NCBI RefSeq assembly: GCF_044704955.1
Contig: NC_091982.1
Location: 36,580,001 to 36,644,000 of the forward strand
Reading direction: 5' to 3'
Length of the DNA: 64,000 nt
DNA from: Pristiophorus japonicus
Lineage: Eukaryota
The position numbers were made by a program, and so were the translations under genes. Below are positions 46,401-59,107 of this stretch, piece after piece; the stretch's first letter is position 1, and every line of letters starts with the position of its first letter. The notes under the pieces were generated by a model. The model had not been told where the DNA came from. It saw only the letters and a list, made by a program, of their open reading frames with translations, and did not search any database.

Positions 46401-49400
46401 TGTTATATATGCAAACTATAGATATACTCTCTGTATAATCACTGTATAGTTGCATAAGATGGAGACTTGTTTACGTGATGTACTATCAATAAGGTTTACA
46501 CTGTGTATATAGTATGCTGGCACCACTAGAGGGTGCAACTGGTGGAGACCGGGGTTTCCTGCCCTGGTGGCAGGGGCTGTATAAAAGGGTAGCCATCAAG
46601 CGGCTGCCTCACTCTGGAGTTACGAATAAAGGACCACGGTCACTACAGTTTGAGTACAACACATTGCCTCGTGGAGTCATTCATAGGTACATTACAGGCA
46701 TAACAACTGGTGACGAGAATACGGACTTTCATGCGATTATGGCTATCTGTGGCAGACTAAAAACTTCGTAGAGGGTGATGATTGGGATGCCTTCACGGAA
46801 GGCTCAAGCAATATTTCATGGCAAGTGACCTAGCAGGGGAGACGGGCACATTGGCAGAGAAGCTCAAGGCTATACTGCTGACCAGTTATGGTCTGAGGTC
46901 TACCGCCTCATCAGGGACTTGCTGGCACCCACGAAGGCCAAGGATAAGACATACGATGAGCTGACTGAACTAATTCGTGACCAACTAAAACCAAAAGAGA
47001 GCATCCTCACGGCCAGGCACAGATTCTACACGCACCGCAGACCTGAGGGCCAGGAGATTGCAAAATATGCTTCCGACCTCAGGACACTTGCGGCAGCATG
47101 TGATTTTGGCACGCACCTCAACGAAGCATTGCGAGGCATCTTCGCTATAGGAATTGGCCATGAGGGCCTCCTTCACAAGCTATTATCTGCCGACACCACA
47201 GTCAATCTGCAGAAGGCCATCAGCATCAGTCAGGCGTTCATGACCTCGACCTGCAGCACCAAGCAAATTATTCCTCCTGTGGACTCAAACCCGGCAAGTA
47301 CTGTACACAGAATAGAAACATAGAAACATAGAAAATAGGTGCGGGAGTAGGCCATTCGGCCCTTCGAGCCTGCACTCAAATCCCCTAGTTATGAAGGCCA
47401 ACATACCATTTGTCTTCTTCACCGCCTGCTGTACCTGCATGCCAACTTTCAATGACTGATGTACCATGACACCCAGGTCTCGTTGCAACTCCCCTTTTCC
47501 TAATCTGCCGCCATTCAGATAATATTCTGCCTTCGTGTTTTTGCCATCAAAGTGGATAACCTCACATTTATCCACATTATACTGCATCTGCCATGCATTT
47601 GCCCACTCACCTAACCTGTCCAAGTCACCCTGCAGCCTCTTAGCGTCCTCCTCACAGCTCACACCGTCACCCAGCTTAGTGTTATCTGCAAACTTGGAGA
47701 TATTACACTCAATTCCTTCATCTAAATCATTAACGTATATTGTAAATAGCTGGGGTCCCAGCACTGAGCCCTGCGGCACTCCACTAGTCACTGTCTGCCA
47801 TTCCGAAAATGCTCCGTTTATCCCAAATCTCTGCTTCCTGTCTGCCAACCAATTCTCTATCCATGTCAGTACATTACCCCAATACCGTGTGCTTTAATTT
47901 TGCACACCAATCTCTTGTGTGGGACCTTGTCAAAAGCCTTTTGAAAGTCCAGATACACCACGTCCACTGGTTCTCCCTTGTCCACTCTACTAGTTACATC
48001 CTCAAAAAATTCTAGATTTGCCAAGCATGATTTCCCTTTCAAAAATCCTGCTGACTTGGACCAATCCTGACACTGCTTTCCAAATGTGCTGCTATTTCAT
48101 CTTTAATAATTGATTCCAACATTTTCCCCATGACTGATGTCAGGCTAACCGGTCTATAATTACCCATTTTCTCTCTCCCTCCTTTTTTAAAAAGTGGTGT
48201 TACCTTAGCTACTCTCCAGTCCATAGGAACTAATCCTTAGGTGATAGATGGTTGGAAAATGATCACCAATGCATCCACTATTTCTAGGGCCACTTCCATA
48301 TATACTCTGGGATGCAGACTATCAAGCCCCGGGGATTTATCGACCTTCAATCCCATCAATTTCCCTAACACAATTTCCCACCTACTAAGGATTTCCTTCA
48401 GTTCCTCCTTCTCACTAGACCCTCAGTCCCCTAGTATTTCCGGAAGGTTATTTGTGTCTTCCTTCGTGAAAACAGAACCAAAGTATTTGTTCAACTGGTC
48501 CGCCATTTCTTTGTTCCCCATATAAATTTACCTGGTTCTGACTGCAAGGAACCTACGTTTGTCTTCACTAATCTTTTTCTCTCCACATATCTATAGAAGC
48601 TTTTGCAGTCAGTTTTTATGTTCCCAGCAAGCTTCCTCTCATACTATATTTTCCCCTCCTTAACTAAACCCTTTGTCCTCCTCTGCTGCATTCTAAATTT
48701 CTCCCAGTTCTCAGGTTTGTTGCTTTTTCTGGCCAATTTATATGCCTCTTCTTTGGATTTATCACTATCCTTAATTTGCCTTGTTGGCACGGTTGAGCCT
48801 CCTTCCCCATTTTATTTTTACTCCAGATAGGGATGTACAATTGTTGAAGTTCATCCATGTGATCTTTAAATGTTTGCCATTGCTTATCCACCGTCAACCC
48901 TTTAAATATCATTCATCAGTCTATACTAGCCAATTCATGTCTCATACCATCGAAGTTACCTTTCCTTAAGTTCAGGACCCTAGTCTCTGAATTAACTGTG
49001 TCACTCTCCATCTTAATAAAGAATTTCTACCATATTATGGTCACTCTTCCCCAAGGGGCCTCGCAGAACAAGATTGCTAATTAGTCCTTTCTCATTACAC
49101 ATCACCCATTCTAGGATGGCCAGCCCTCTAGTTGGTTCCTCGACATATTGGTCTAGAAAACCATCCCTAATACACTCCAGGAAATCCTCCTCCATCGTAT
49201 TGCTACCAGTTTGGTTAGCCCAATCAATATGTAGATTAAAGTCGCCCATGATAACTGCTGTACATTTATTGCATGCATCCCTAATTTCTTGTTTAATGCT
49301 GTCCCTAACCTCACTACGACTGTTTGGTGGTCCGTACACAACTCCCACTCACGTTTTCTGCTCTTTGGTATTCCGCAGCTCCACCCATACCGATTCCACA

Positions 49401-52141
49401 TCATCCAAGCTAATGTCCTTCCTTACTATTGTGTTAATTTCCTCTTTAACCACAACGCTACCCCACCTCCTTTTCCTTTCTGTCTATCCCTTCTGAATGT
49501 TGCATACCCCTGGATGTTGAGTTCTCAGCCTTGGTCACCCTGGAACCATGTCTCCGTGATGCCAATTATATCATATTCATTAATTGCTGCCTGTGCAGTT
49601 AATTCATCCACCTTATTACAAATACTCCTCGCATTGTGGATGCCTTTCACAGGCAAGACTGTAGAACGTGGCTCTGCCCAGGGCAGAGAGCACAGACCTC
49701 AGCGTTCCAGAACACAGAGTCCGCCGAGGGGTGCTAATTGATTAGCCCCATTCTGGCATTGCAGATGAAACCATAGGGCTCACCAGTGAAGGTTTGTTGA
49801 GTTCGTATGCAAAGCCTGTAACACGACGGGCCACCTCCAGCGTATGTGTATAAAAAATACGACTCACCCTCTAGCAGAGGAGTCGGTAGATGACTTTGAA
49901 TCCAGTGGGGTGTATGATGATTTGGCCAGAGAGGCAGCTCATCCTCAAGAAGAAGTGTATGGAGTGTATACCTGCACCACCGATTGTCCTCCAGTGAAGA
50001 TGGAAGTTGAGATAAACGGCGTTCCAGTTTTCATGGAAGTGGACACGGGAGTGAGCCAGTCAGTGATGAGCCAGGATGCCTTTTAGAGACTATGGGATGA
50101 AAAATGACCTGAGCTGGTTCCAGTACAGGAAAAGTTGCGCACCTACATCAAGGAGCTGATCCCAGTGCTTGGCAGTGCGGATATAAGTGTAATCCATAAT
50201 GGTGTGGTGCACAAGTTACCTCTGTGGATTGTTGCAGGTGATGGTCCAACATTACTCGGTAGAAGGTGGATGGGGAAGATCCAGTGGAAATGGGAAGACC
50301 TCTTCACTCCAGCAATTGATGTCCTCCATGCTCAGAGGCAGAGCAAAACCTCACTTTCGCTTGGGCCAGGCACCAGAGAACAGACCAGCGCAGCACCTGA
50401 GGCACAGACCGTCCATCATAACTCCGTGGCAATGATCCGACAGGAACGACCTAAAAGTACCTTCCCGGCTCCAGTGGCTGGACTCCTGGGGAGGAAGATC
50501 GAATTCACAGGCACTCTTCCAGCTTTTGTGGCAAAATCGCGGGAGAGAAGGATCAAGGCAGTCGACCTCGAGGACAGAGGCAAGATGGTGTCCCTGCTGC
50601 AGCGAGGTGCAGCATGGCTGAAAAAAAAGATGGCCACGGCAATACCATGAGGTGCAATGCTGAGGGACCAACACGTGGTGTCTAACAAAGGATTTGATTG
50701 GGGTAAAGCCAGCAGGGTTCTCTTAAAGGAGACCTGCAACCAACTGAACTTAAAGAGACATTGTATGCATGGCAATCAATGTAACGAACTGATTAAGATT
50801 GTGAACAAAATGTTGTTGCGAGATGTCGGGAATAGAATGTCTCCAAAAGTAGCAAGCGAGCGAATTCGGGAGGGTAAAGGCGCTGATGCTGATGCCCTGC
50901 CCCAGGTGTCCCCACAGGTTATAGGCCAGCGACCTCAGGAGGGTGAAGGCACTGATCCTGATACCCTGCCCCAGGTCTATCCTACGCTGTAGGCACCCGA
51001 TGGCACTATTCGCCATGGACCTGGAAACGAAAATGGCGCCAAAACGGCCGCTGTTGCCCATCACCCGGGTGGAGACGGTGCAGTCCCTAGACCTAGTCGC
51101 TACCTCGGCTATTCTGGGAACGAAAGGTCAGAACCAATGAGTTCCCCAAACGGGACCTGGAACAACCAGGTCCCCAACACCATTAGAGAGCAGGAAAAAG
51201 ATCCTGCAGCCCTCAAAGGGGGACAGGGGGGCCACACACATCTGTGACTCTGCCCACCACTAGGCAACGGCAAAGGCCCTGAGTCCTGGCAAGTGAATGA
51301 GCCAAGTCCACCCCGCTAGCAAGGGGCGCAGTGCCGCCATCAGACAACTAGGACCCTGTCCGGTTGCTCTGGAACTAGCGTTCTCGCATACCTGTACTGC
51401 TAACTCAGGACTGGCCATGACTGAACTAATTATGCAATCTACCCAATCCTGGGGCACGACCGTAAAATGTAATGAATGTAAATCACTGAACCAAGGTGTC
51501 ACAATACAAACTGTAAAACATTTTTATTTCTTCCTTTCTTTGTACTTGCACTGTGTCTGATCCTGTATGTTAATGTAACAGGCCAGTTGCATAATCTCGC
51601 AGTGGCGGGGGGGAACGGGGTCGGGGGGGGGTGGCAGTGAAGTGGATGTATGTAGCCATCGACACACACACTGATCACAACCAGAACCCACTGGAACCTC
51701 CACTGCATCATCGAACCATCCAAACTGGTAACCACTATCCAACGTTGTGGCAAAAGGACTTGGGGGTTAACAGGGAGAGAGCCAAGCCAAAGCACAGCCA
51801 ATGTGCAAGGGCTATTGGCACTTAAGTCTGGGGAGAGCTAAGCCAGAGCACATAGCGCAAAGGTAACTGGCACAAAGGACTTGGGGGAGAGTGATGTTAT
51901 ATATGTAGACTATAGATTTACCCATGTGTACTGTCAATAAGGTTTACACTGTGTATATACTATGCTGGCACCACTAGAGGGAGACCGGGGTTTCCTGCCC
52001 TGGTGGCAGGGGCTGTATAAAAGGGCAGCCACCATGCGGCTGCCTCACTCTGGAGTTATGAAGAAAGGACCAAGGTCACTACAGTTTGAGTACAACACAT
52101 TGCCTCGTGGAGTCATTCATAGGTACATTACAGACATAACA
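46401..52141 (+). mobile_element. Non-autonomous Gypsy/Mag-like LTR element (gag plus protease; no RT/RNase H/integrase core)
   Basis: LTRs 46401-46705 and 51895-52141; TSD GTTAC; PBS-like TGGTGACGAG at 46708; purine tract gggggagagtga; gag with double CCHC relic at ~49750-49850; protease MEVDTG...LLGR. Confidence 0.92.
47312..49637 (-). mobile_element. CR1 LINE nested in the Gypsy gag, with an internal 3' deletion
   Basis: (CATAGAAA)n tail; ORFs 47285-47848 and 49013-49348; RT C-terminus missing at the ~47375 junction. Confidence 0.95.
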
Positions 52142-52464
52142 GTTACCATAACTCATAAATATATTTCAAGAATATCGGACAGAATTCAAACTAAATTTAG
52201 CACGTTACAGTCAGCAGTGTGTGAATGTGCAGTGGAATAAAGTCGCTAGTGTTTGAAGAATAATCTTTTTGTTTAACATCAATACCATGGGTTCTTTTAA
52301 CATGACCATCAAAGGATTAGCTACACTCTATGCATTATTTGTACTTCCAATGCATTAACTAAGTGTGATCCTTTCATAATAAGTCACATATCTATGTGAT
52401 ATAATCTATTGCCCAATGAACTATTAATGCTTTAGTTCATGTCATTATAGATATATTGCAATAG

Positions 52465-53142
52465 AGTTTCCACTTTGGGTGCAATTGGGAAATTGCACCC
52501 AAAATGCACTTGAAATTGTGCTGGCTAGGTTACAGTTCAAGTTTCCATTAAAATGATTTTACATAATCACAAATGTAAAATCTTCAATGAACCAGTGCAA
52601 TTGGGCAGAATGTAATTGTTTCTTTTCTTTCCATTAAAAAGTATCCCTTGATGTATTTAAGTGGGGTAACCTGGCACAATTTTATTAAAACAGCAGAAAA
52701 TGGGTTTATCACCAAAAATACACATTTTTAATGTCCTCCACCTCTGAGTAACCTGATATAAAATCACTGAAAATGACTTTAAAAAAAACTATATTGAACC
52801 ATTTAATAGTTTCATTGGTGTACCCTCGTCAGTTTCTTAGTAAATGTAATATTCTTTGATTTGAAAATCTATTAAAGTGTGCCTGCTTGTGCCTGTGTGG
52901 CGAAAAAAAAATGAGTGCAATTGAAAGAGCCCAGAGGAATTTGTGAAATCTCGCAGTTTCCATCAGAGTTTGTGGGCGGGGCCTGATCTGGGCGAATTGG
53001 ATCTTGAACCAGCGTAAAAGATTGCGGTAAACACGAGCGTAAGTGGTTTTGCCTGTTACTTATGTTTAAAATTCCTCGATCTTCAGCCAATTCCGCCTGG
53101 ATTGCGCTGATATAACTAGCGGAAACAAGTGCAAACTACCCC
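52465..53142. mobile_element. Possible decayed MITE-like element
   Basis: Weak TIR-like ends (agagtttcc / aaactacccc); CpG-rich right end resembling other MITEs here. Confidence 0.35.
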
Positions 53143-53423
53143 AATATTTTTCTCCATCCTTTTTTGAGATTTACCAAGCCAAACACAAGTTCTCAGTTTT
53201 GAGAACAGGCAAACATTTAATCCTCTTCTGGGTATAGATGAGCCTTTGCTCTTCCAGATGAAAACCTGAGGGTTTACCATTCCCTTATACCAGTTAACTG
53301 CTCAACTGAGCTTCCTAATCAAATACATTCAGTGATTCTATGTTCAGTGTTCATTGTTACACGTCTCGACCAGATTCTGGAAAGTGATCAGATATTGTGC
53401 TCGGCTGTGATATTAGACACTGG

Positions 53424-53580
53424 AGTTGGTGAGAGGCAGGAGCGGCCTATAAAAGGCCCAGCGGGAGATCGAGAGCCAGCGGCAGTTGGTGAGAGGCGGG
53501 AGCGGCCTATAAAAGGCCCAGCGGGAGATCGAGAGCCAGCGGCAGTTGGTGAGAGGCGGGAGCGGCCTATCAAAGGCGTA
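53424..53580 (+). promoter_or_regulatory. 60-bp tandem monomer array (x2.6) with TATA-like GCCTATAAAAGGC
   Basis: Units start at 53424, 53484 and 53544. Promoter role is inferred. Confidence 0.7.
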
Positions 53581-54439
53581 CGGTGTCCATGAGGACTACG
53601 TGTGTGAGAAGTGCATCCGCCTCGAGCTCCTGACGGTCCGCTTTGCGAAATTGGAGCTGAGGGTGGATTCACTCTGGAGCATCCACGATGCTGAGAATGA
53701 CGTGAGTATCACGTGTAGTGAGTTGGTCTTACCGCAGGAGAAGGGTCCACAGCCAGATAGGGAATGGAAGACCAGCAGGAAGAGCAGTGCAAGGAAGGTA
53801 GTGCAGGGGTCCCCTGTGGTCATCCCCCTGCAAAACAGATACACCGCTTTGAGTACTGTTGGGGGGGATGACTCATCAGGGGAGGGCAGCAGCAGCCAAG
53901 TTCATGGCACCGTGGCTGCTCTGCTGCACAGGAGGGCAGGAAAAAGAGTGGGAGTGGTGAGGGGAATAGATAGACGTTTCTGCGGCCGCAACCGAGACTC
54001 CAGGATGGTATGTTGCCTCCCTGGTGCAAGAGTCAAGGATGTCTCGGAATGGGTGCAGGACATTCTGAAATGGGAAGGAGAACAGCCAGTTGTCGTGGTG
54101 CACATTGGTACCAACGACATAGGTAAAAAAAGGGATGAGGTCCTACGAAACGAATTTAAGGAGCTAGGAGCTAAATTAAAAAGTAGGACCTCAAAAGTAG
54201 TAATCTCGGGATTGCTACCAGTGCCACGTGCTAGTCAGAGTAGGAATCGCAGGATAGCGCAGATGAATACGTGGCTTGAGCAGTGGTGTAGCAGGGAGGG
54301 ATTCAAATTCCTGGGGCATTGGAACCGGTTCTGGGGGAGGTGGGACCAGTACAAACCGGACGGTCTGCACCTGGGCAGGACCGGAACCAATGTCCTAGGG
54401 GGAGTGTTTGCTAGTGCTGTTGGGGAGGAGTTAAACTAA
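53581..54439 (+). pseudogene. CR1 ORF1p (zinc finger/coiled coil plus SGNH esterase) lacking its start and the GDS block
   Basis: CLPGA, VHIGTND and DGLH esterase blocks present; N-terminal MAGEL...CSSC absent relative to the copy at 1-276; no GDS before VRGID. Confidence 0.85.
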
Positions 54440-54516
54440 TATGGCAGGGGGATGGGAACCAATGCAGGGAGACAGAGGGAGACAAAAAGGAGGCAAAAGC
54501 AAAAGACAGAAAGGAG

Positions 54517-57422
54517 ATGAGGAAAAGTGGAGGGCAGAGAAACCCAAGGCAAAGAACAAAAAGGGCCACTGTACAGCAAAATTCTAAAAGGACAAAGGGT
54601 GTTAAAAAAACAAGCCTGAAGGCTTTGTGTCTTAATGCAAGGAGTATCCACAATAAGGTGGATGAATTAACTGTGCAAATAGATGTTAACAAATATGATG
54701 TGATTGGCATTACGGAGACGTGGCTCCAGGATGATCAGGGCTGGGAACTCAACATCCAGGGGTATTCAACATTCAGGAAGGATAGAATAAAAGGAAAAGG
54801 AGGTGGGGTAGCATTGCTGGTTAAAGAGGAGATTAATGCAATAGTTAGGAAAGACATTAGCTTGGATGATGTGGAATCTATATGGGTAGAGCTGCAGAAT
54901 ACCAAAGAGCAAAAAACATTAGTGGGAGTTGTGTACAGACCTCCAAACAGTAGTAGTGATGTTGGGGAGGGCATCAAACAGGAAATTAGAGGTGCATGCA
55001 ATAAAGGTGCAGCAGTTATAATGGGTGACTTTAATATGCACATAGATTGGGCTAGCCAAACTGGAAGCAATATGGTGGAGGAGGATTTCCTGGAGTGCAT
55101 AAGGGATGGTTTTCTAGACCAATATGTCGAGGAACCAACTAGGGGGGAGGCCATCTTAGACTGGGTGTTGTGTAATGAGAGAGGATTAATTAGCAATCTC
55201 ATTGTGCGAGGCCCCTTGGGGAAGAGTGACCATAATATGATGGAATTCTGCATTAGGATGGAGAATGAAACAGTTAATTCAGGGACCATGGTCCAGAACT
55301 TAAAGAGGGGTAACTTTGAAGGTATGAGGCATGAATTGGCTAGGATAGATTGGCAAATGATACTTAAGGGGTTGACTGTGGATGGGCAATGGCAGACATT
55401 TAGAGACTGCATGGATGAATTACAACAATTGTACATTCCTGTCTGTCGTAAAAATAAAAAAGGGAAGGTGGCTCAACCGTGGCTATCTAGGGAAATCAGG
55501 GATAGTATTAAAGCCAAGGAAGTGGCATACAAATTGGCCAGAAATAGCAGTGAACCTGGGGACTGGGAGAAATTTAGAAATCAGCAGAGGAGGACAAAGG
55601 GTTTGATTAGGGCAGGGAAAATGGAGTACGAGAAGAAGCTTGCAGGGAACATTAAGGCGGATTGCAAAAGTTTCTATAGGTATGTAAAGAGAAAAAGGTT
55701 AGTAAAGACAAACGTAGGTCCCCTGCAGTCAGAATCAGGGGAAGTCATAACGGGGAACAAAGAAATGGCAGACCAATTGAACAAGTACTTTGGTTCAGTA
55801 TTCACTAAGGAGGACACAAACAACCTTCCGGATATAAAAGGGGTCAGAGGGTCTCGTAAGGAGGAGGAACTGAGGGAAATCTTTATTAGTCGGGAAATTG
55901 TGTTGGGGAAATTGATGGGATTGAAGGCCGATAAATCCCCAGGGCCTGATGGACTGCATCCCAGAGTACTTAAGGAGGTGGCCTTGGAAATAGCGGATGC
56001 ATTGACAGTCATTTTCCAACATTCCATTGACTCTGGATCAGTTCCTATGGAGTGGAGGGTAGCCAATGTAACCCCACTTTTTAAAAAAGGAGAGAGAGAG
56101 AAAACAGGGAATTATAGACCGGTCAGCCTGACCTCAGTAGTGGGTAAAATGATGGAATCAATTATTAAGGCTGTCATAGCAGCGCATTTGGAAAATGGTG
56201 ACATGATAGGTCCAAGTCAGCATGGATTTGTGAAAGGGAAATCATGCTTGACAAATCTTCTGGAATTTTTTGAGGATGTTTCCAGTAAAGTGGACAAAGG
56301 AGAACCAGTTGATGTGGTATATTTGGAATTTCAGAAGGCTTTCGACAAGGTCCCACACAAGAGATTAATGTGCAAAGTTAAAGCACATGGAATTGGGGGT
56401 AGTGTGCTGACATGGATTGAGAACTGGTTGTCAGACAGGAAGCAAAGAGTAGGAGTAAATGGGTACTTTTCAGAATGGCAGGCAGTGACTAGTGGGGTAC
56501 CGCAAGGTTCTGTGCTGGGGCCCCAGCTGTTTACTTTGTACATTAATGATTTAGATGAGGGGATTAAATGTAGTATCTCCAAATTTGCGGATGACACTAA
56601 GTTGGGTGGCAGTGTGAGCTGCGAGGAGGATGCTATGAGGCTGCAGAGTGACTTGGATAGGTTAGGTGAGTGGGCAAATGCATGGCAGATGAAGTATAAT
56701 GTGGATAAATGTGAGGTTATCCATTTTGGTGGTAAAAACAGAGAGACAGACTATTATCTGAATGGTGACAGATTATGAAAAGGGAAGGTGCAACGAGACC
56801 TGGGTGTCATGGTACATCAGTCATTGAATGTTGGCATGCAGGTACAGCAGGCGGTTAAGAAAGCAAATGGCATGTTGGCCTTCATAGCGAGGGGATTTGG
56901 GTACAGGGGCAGGGAGGTGTTGCTACAGTTGTACAGGGCCTTGGTGAGGCCACACCTGGAGTATTGTGTACAGTTTTGGTCTCCTAACTTGAGGAAGGAC
57001 ATTCTTGCTATTGAGGGAGTGCAGCGAAGATTCACCAGACTGATTCCCGGGATGGTGGGACTGACCTATCAAGAAAGACTGGATCAACTGGGCTTGTATT
57101 CACTGGAGTTCAGAAGAATGAGAGGGGACCTCATAGAAACGTTTAAAATTCTGACGGGTTTAGACAGGTTAGATGCAGGAAGAATGTTCCCAATGTTGGG
57201 AAGTCCAGAACCAGGGGTCACAGTCTAAGGATAAGGGGTAAGCCATTTAGGACCGAGATGAGGAGAGACTTCTTCACCCAGAGAGTGGTGAACCTGTGGA
57301 ATTCTCTGCCACAGAAAGTGGTTGGGGCCAATTCACTAAATATATTCAAAAGGGAGTTAGATGAAGTCCTTACTATTCGGGGGATCAAGGGGTATGGCGA
57401 GAAAGCAGGAAGGGGCTATTGA
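54517..57422 (+). pseudogene. CR1 ORF2p (APE endonuclease plus RT) with nonsense and frameshift lesions
   Basis: NARS, ITETW, GGGV, VYRPP, GDFN, SDH and RT motifs. TGA at 56776-56778 (GGA in sibling copies), YLDF changed to YLEF, 1-bp deletion at ~57200. Confidence 0.93.
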
Positions 57423-57726
57423 AGTTTCATGTTCAGCCATGAACTCATTGAATGGCGGTGCAGGCTAGAAGGGCTGAATGGCCTGCTCCTGCACCTATTT
57501 TCTATGTTTCTATGTTTCTATGCCATTGACAAACATATTTCAAAGGATGCAGGTATATAATTAAAATTAAATGGAACATAATACAGTCAGTGCATGAACA
57601 CTAGTGTTTGACGAAGAACTTTGGGTTCCGCTAACAATGCATCAAAGGATTCGCTACACTCCAGACAATATTTATACTTCTAATACTTCTAAATAAGCGT
57701 GATTCCTTCATAATCGTTCACACAGC

Positions 57727-58495
57727 TACATGACTTGATGTCGAGGGCAGTCACTTTCACTTCACCTCTGGGATTCAGCTCTTTTATCCATGTTTGGACC
57801 AAGGCTGTAATGAGGTCTGGAGCTGAGTGGTCCTGGTGGAACCCAAACAGAGCACCGATGAGCAGGTTATTGGTGAGTAAGTGCAACTTGATAGCACTGT
57901 TGACGACGCCTTCAATCACTTTGCTGATGATTCAGAGTCGACTGATGGGGCGGTAATTGGCCGGATTGGATTTGTCCTGCTTTTTGTGGACAGGACATAC
58001 CTCGGCAGTTTTCCACATTTTCAGGTTGATGCCAGTGTTGTAGCTCTACTGGAACAGCTTGGCTAGAGATGCCACTAGTTCTGGAGCACAAGTCTTCAGC
58101 GCGACAACCAGAATGTTTTCGGCGACCATAAGCCTTTGCTGTATCTAGTGCGCTCACGCTTTTCTTGATATCACATAGAGTGAATCAAATTAGCTGAAGA
58201 CTAGCTTCTGTGGGGACCTCAGGAGGAGGCCCATATGGATCATCCACTCAGCACTTCTGGCTGAAGATGGTTGCAAACACTTCAGCCTTGTCTTTTGCAT
58301 TCGTGTGCTGGGCTCCGCCATCACTGAAGATGGGGATGTTCATGGAATCTTCTCCTCCTGTTAGTTGTTTAATTGTCCACCACCACTCACGACTGGATGT
58401 GGCTGGACTGCAGAGGTTTGATCTGATCTGTTTATTGTGGAATAGCTTAACCCTGTCTATTGCATGCTGCTTCCGTTGCTTAGAATGCATGAAGT
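57727..58495 (-). mobile_element. Internal RT fragment of a divergent CR1/L2-group LINE
   Basis: KAEVFATIFSQKC, FGFHQDHSAPDLITALVQ, VTALDIK. Probably the family whose 3' ends lie at 15.4 and 27.8 kb (not proven). Confidence 0.8.
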
Positions 58496-58837
58496 CACCT
58501 CATTTTAAATAGTTAATCAGTTGCACCCTTTTCAGATGCAATGAGGTGTAACCACATGAAAGCCCATAGAGAAAGTTGAGGGGCAGTGAAAATGAAGTGC
58601 AGAACCAGTGCAATATGTCTGCACCAATTTTTCCTCTTTGTTGCATCTATAATCCAATTGCAATTTGAGAACAGGAAAGAGAAAAATCTGCTGTGTGGTC
58701 TCTTCCAGCCTTGGGATTGTCTATGATATCATTTAACAAAAAAAAACTTTTGCAGCAACTCTCACAGCCATTGCCATAGCAATGCTGACCAAACTGCAGA
58801 AAGTTATATTGATTTATGTCTGCTTGTTTTTCTCACA

Positions 58838-59030
58838 GAAAGAGGAAGAGAGAAAAAGGAAGGAATCAAGAGACAAAGATACAGAGAAAATGATGAGAGA
58901 AAACTTGCGAGGCATACAGAGAAAGAGAGGGAGAAAGAGGGAGGTAGAGAGTGGGACACAAACAGATAACAGAGAAAGGGAGATTGAAGGAATTAGAGAT
59001 TGGGAGACACACTAAGATACAATTACAGGA
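58838..59030 (+). repeat. Purine-rich (GA) low-complexity tract
   Basis: Base composition. Confidence 0.7.
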
Positions 59031-59107
59031 AGGGATACATTTGTTTTGCTTTGGCCCTGAACAACCCCACAGGGTTAACTAGTTTCAATTGAAAAATATA
59101 ATACTTA

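Larger units (their letters stand above)
53423..57522 (+). mobile_element. Near-full-length young CR1 LINE, disabled
   Basis: 5' monomers, ORF1, ORF2 and (TTTCTATG)3 tail all present. Confidence 0.97.

Noticed and set aside
54735-56597. Recurrent antisense ORFs over CR1 ORF2 (also at 1340, 2012, 19704 and 36517)
   Set aside because: Shadow frames of RT coding sequence, repeated only because the copies are near-identical.
58782-59015. Charged ORF after an acceptor-like site (KEEERKRKESRDK...)
   Set aside because: Coincides with a GA-rich low-complexity tract; no partner exons or recognisable domain.
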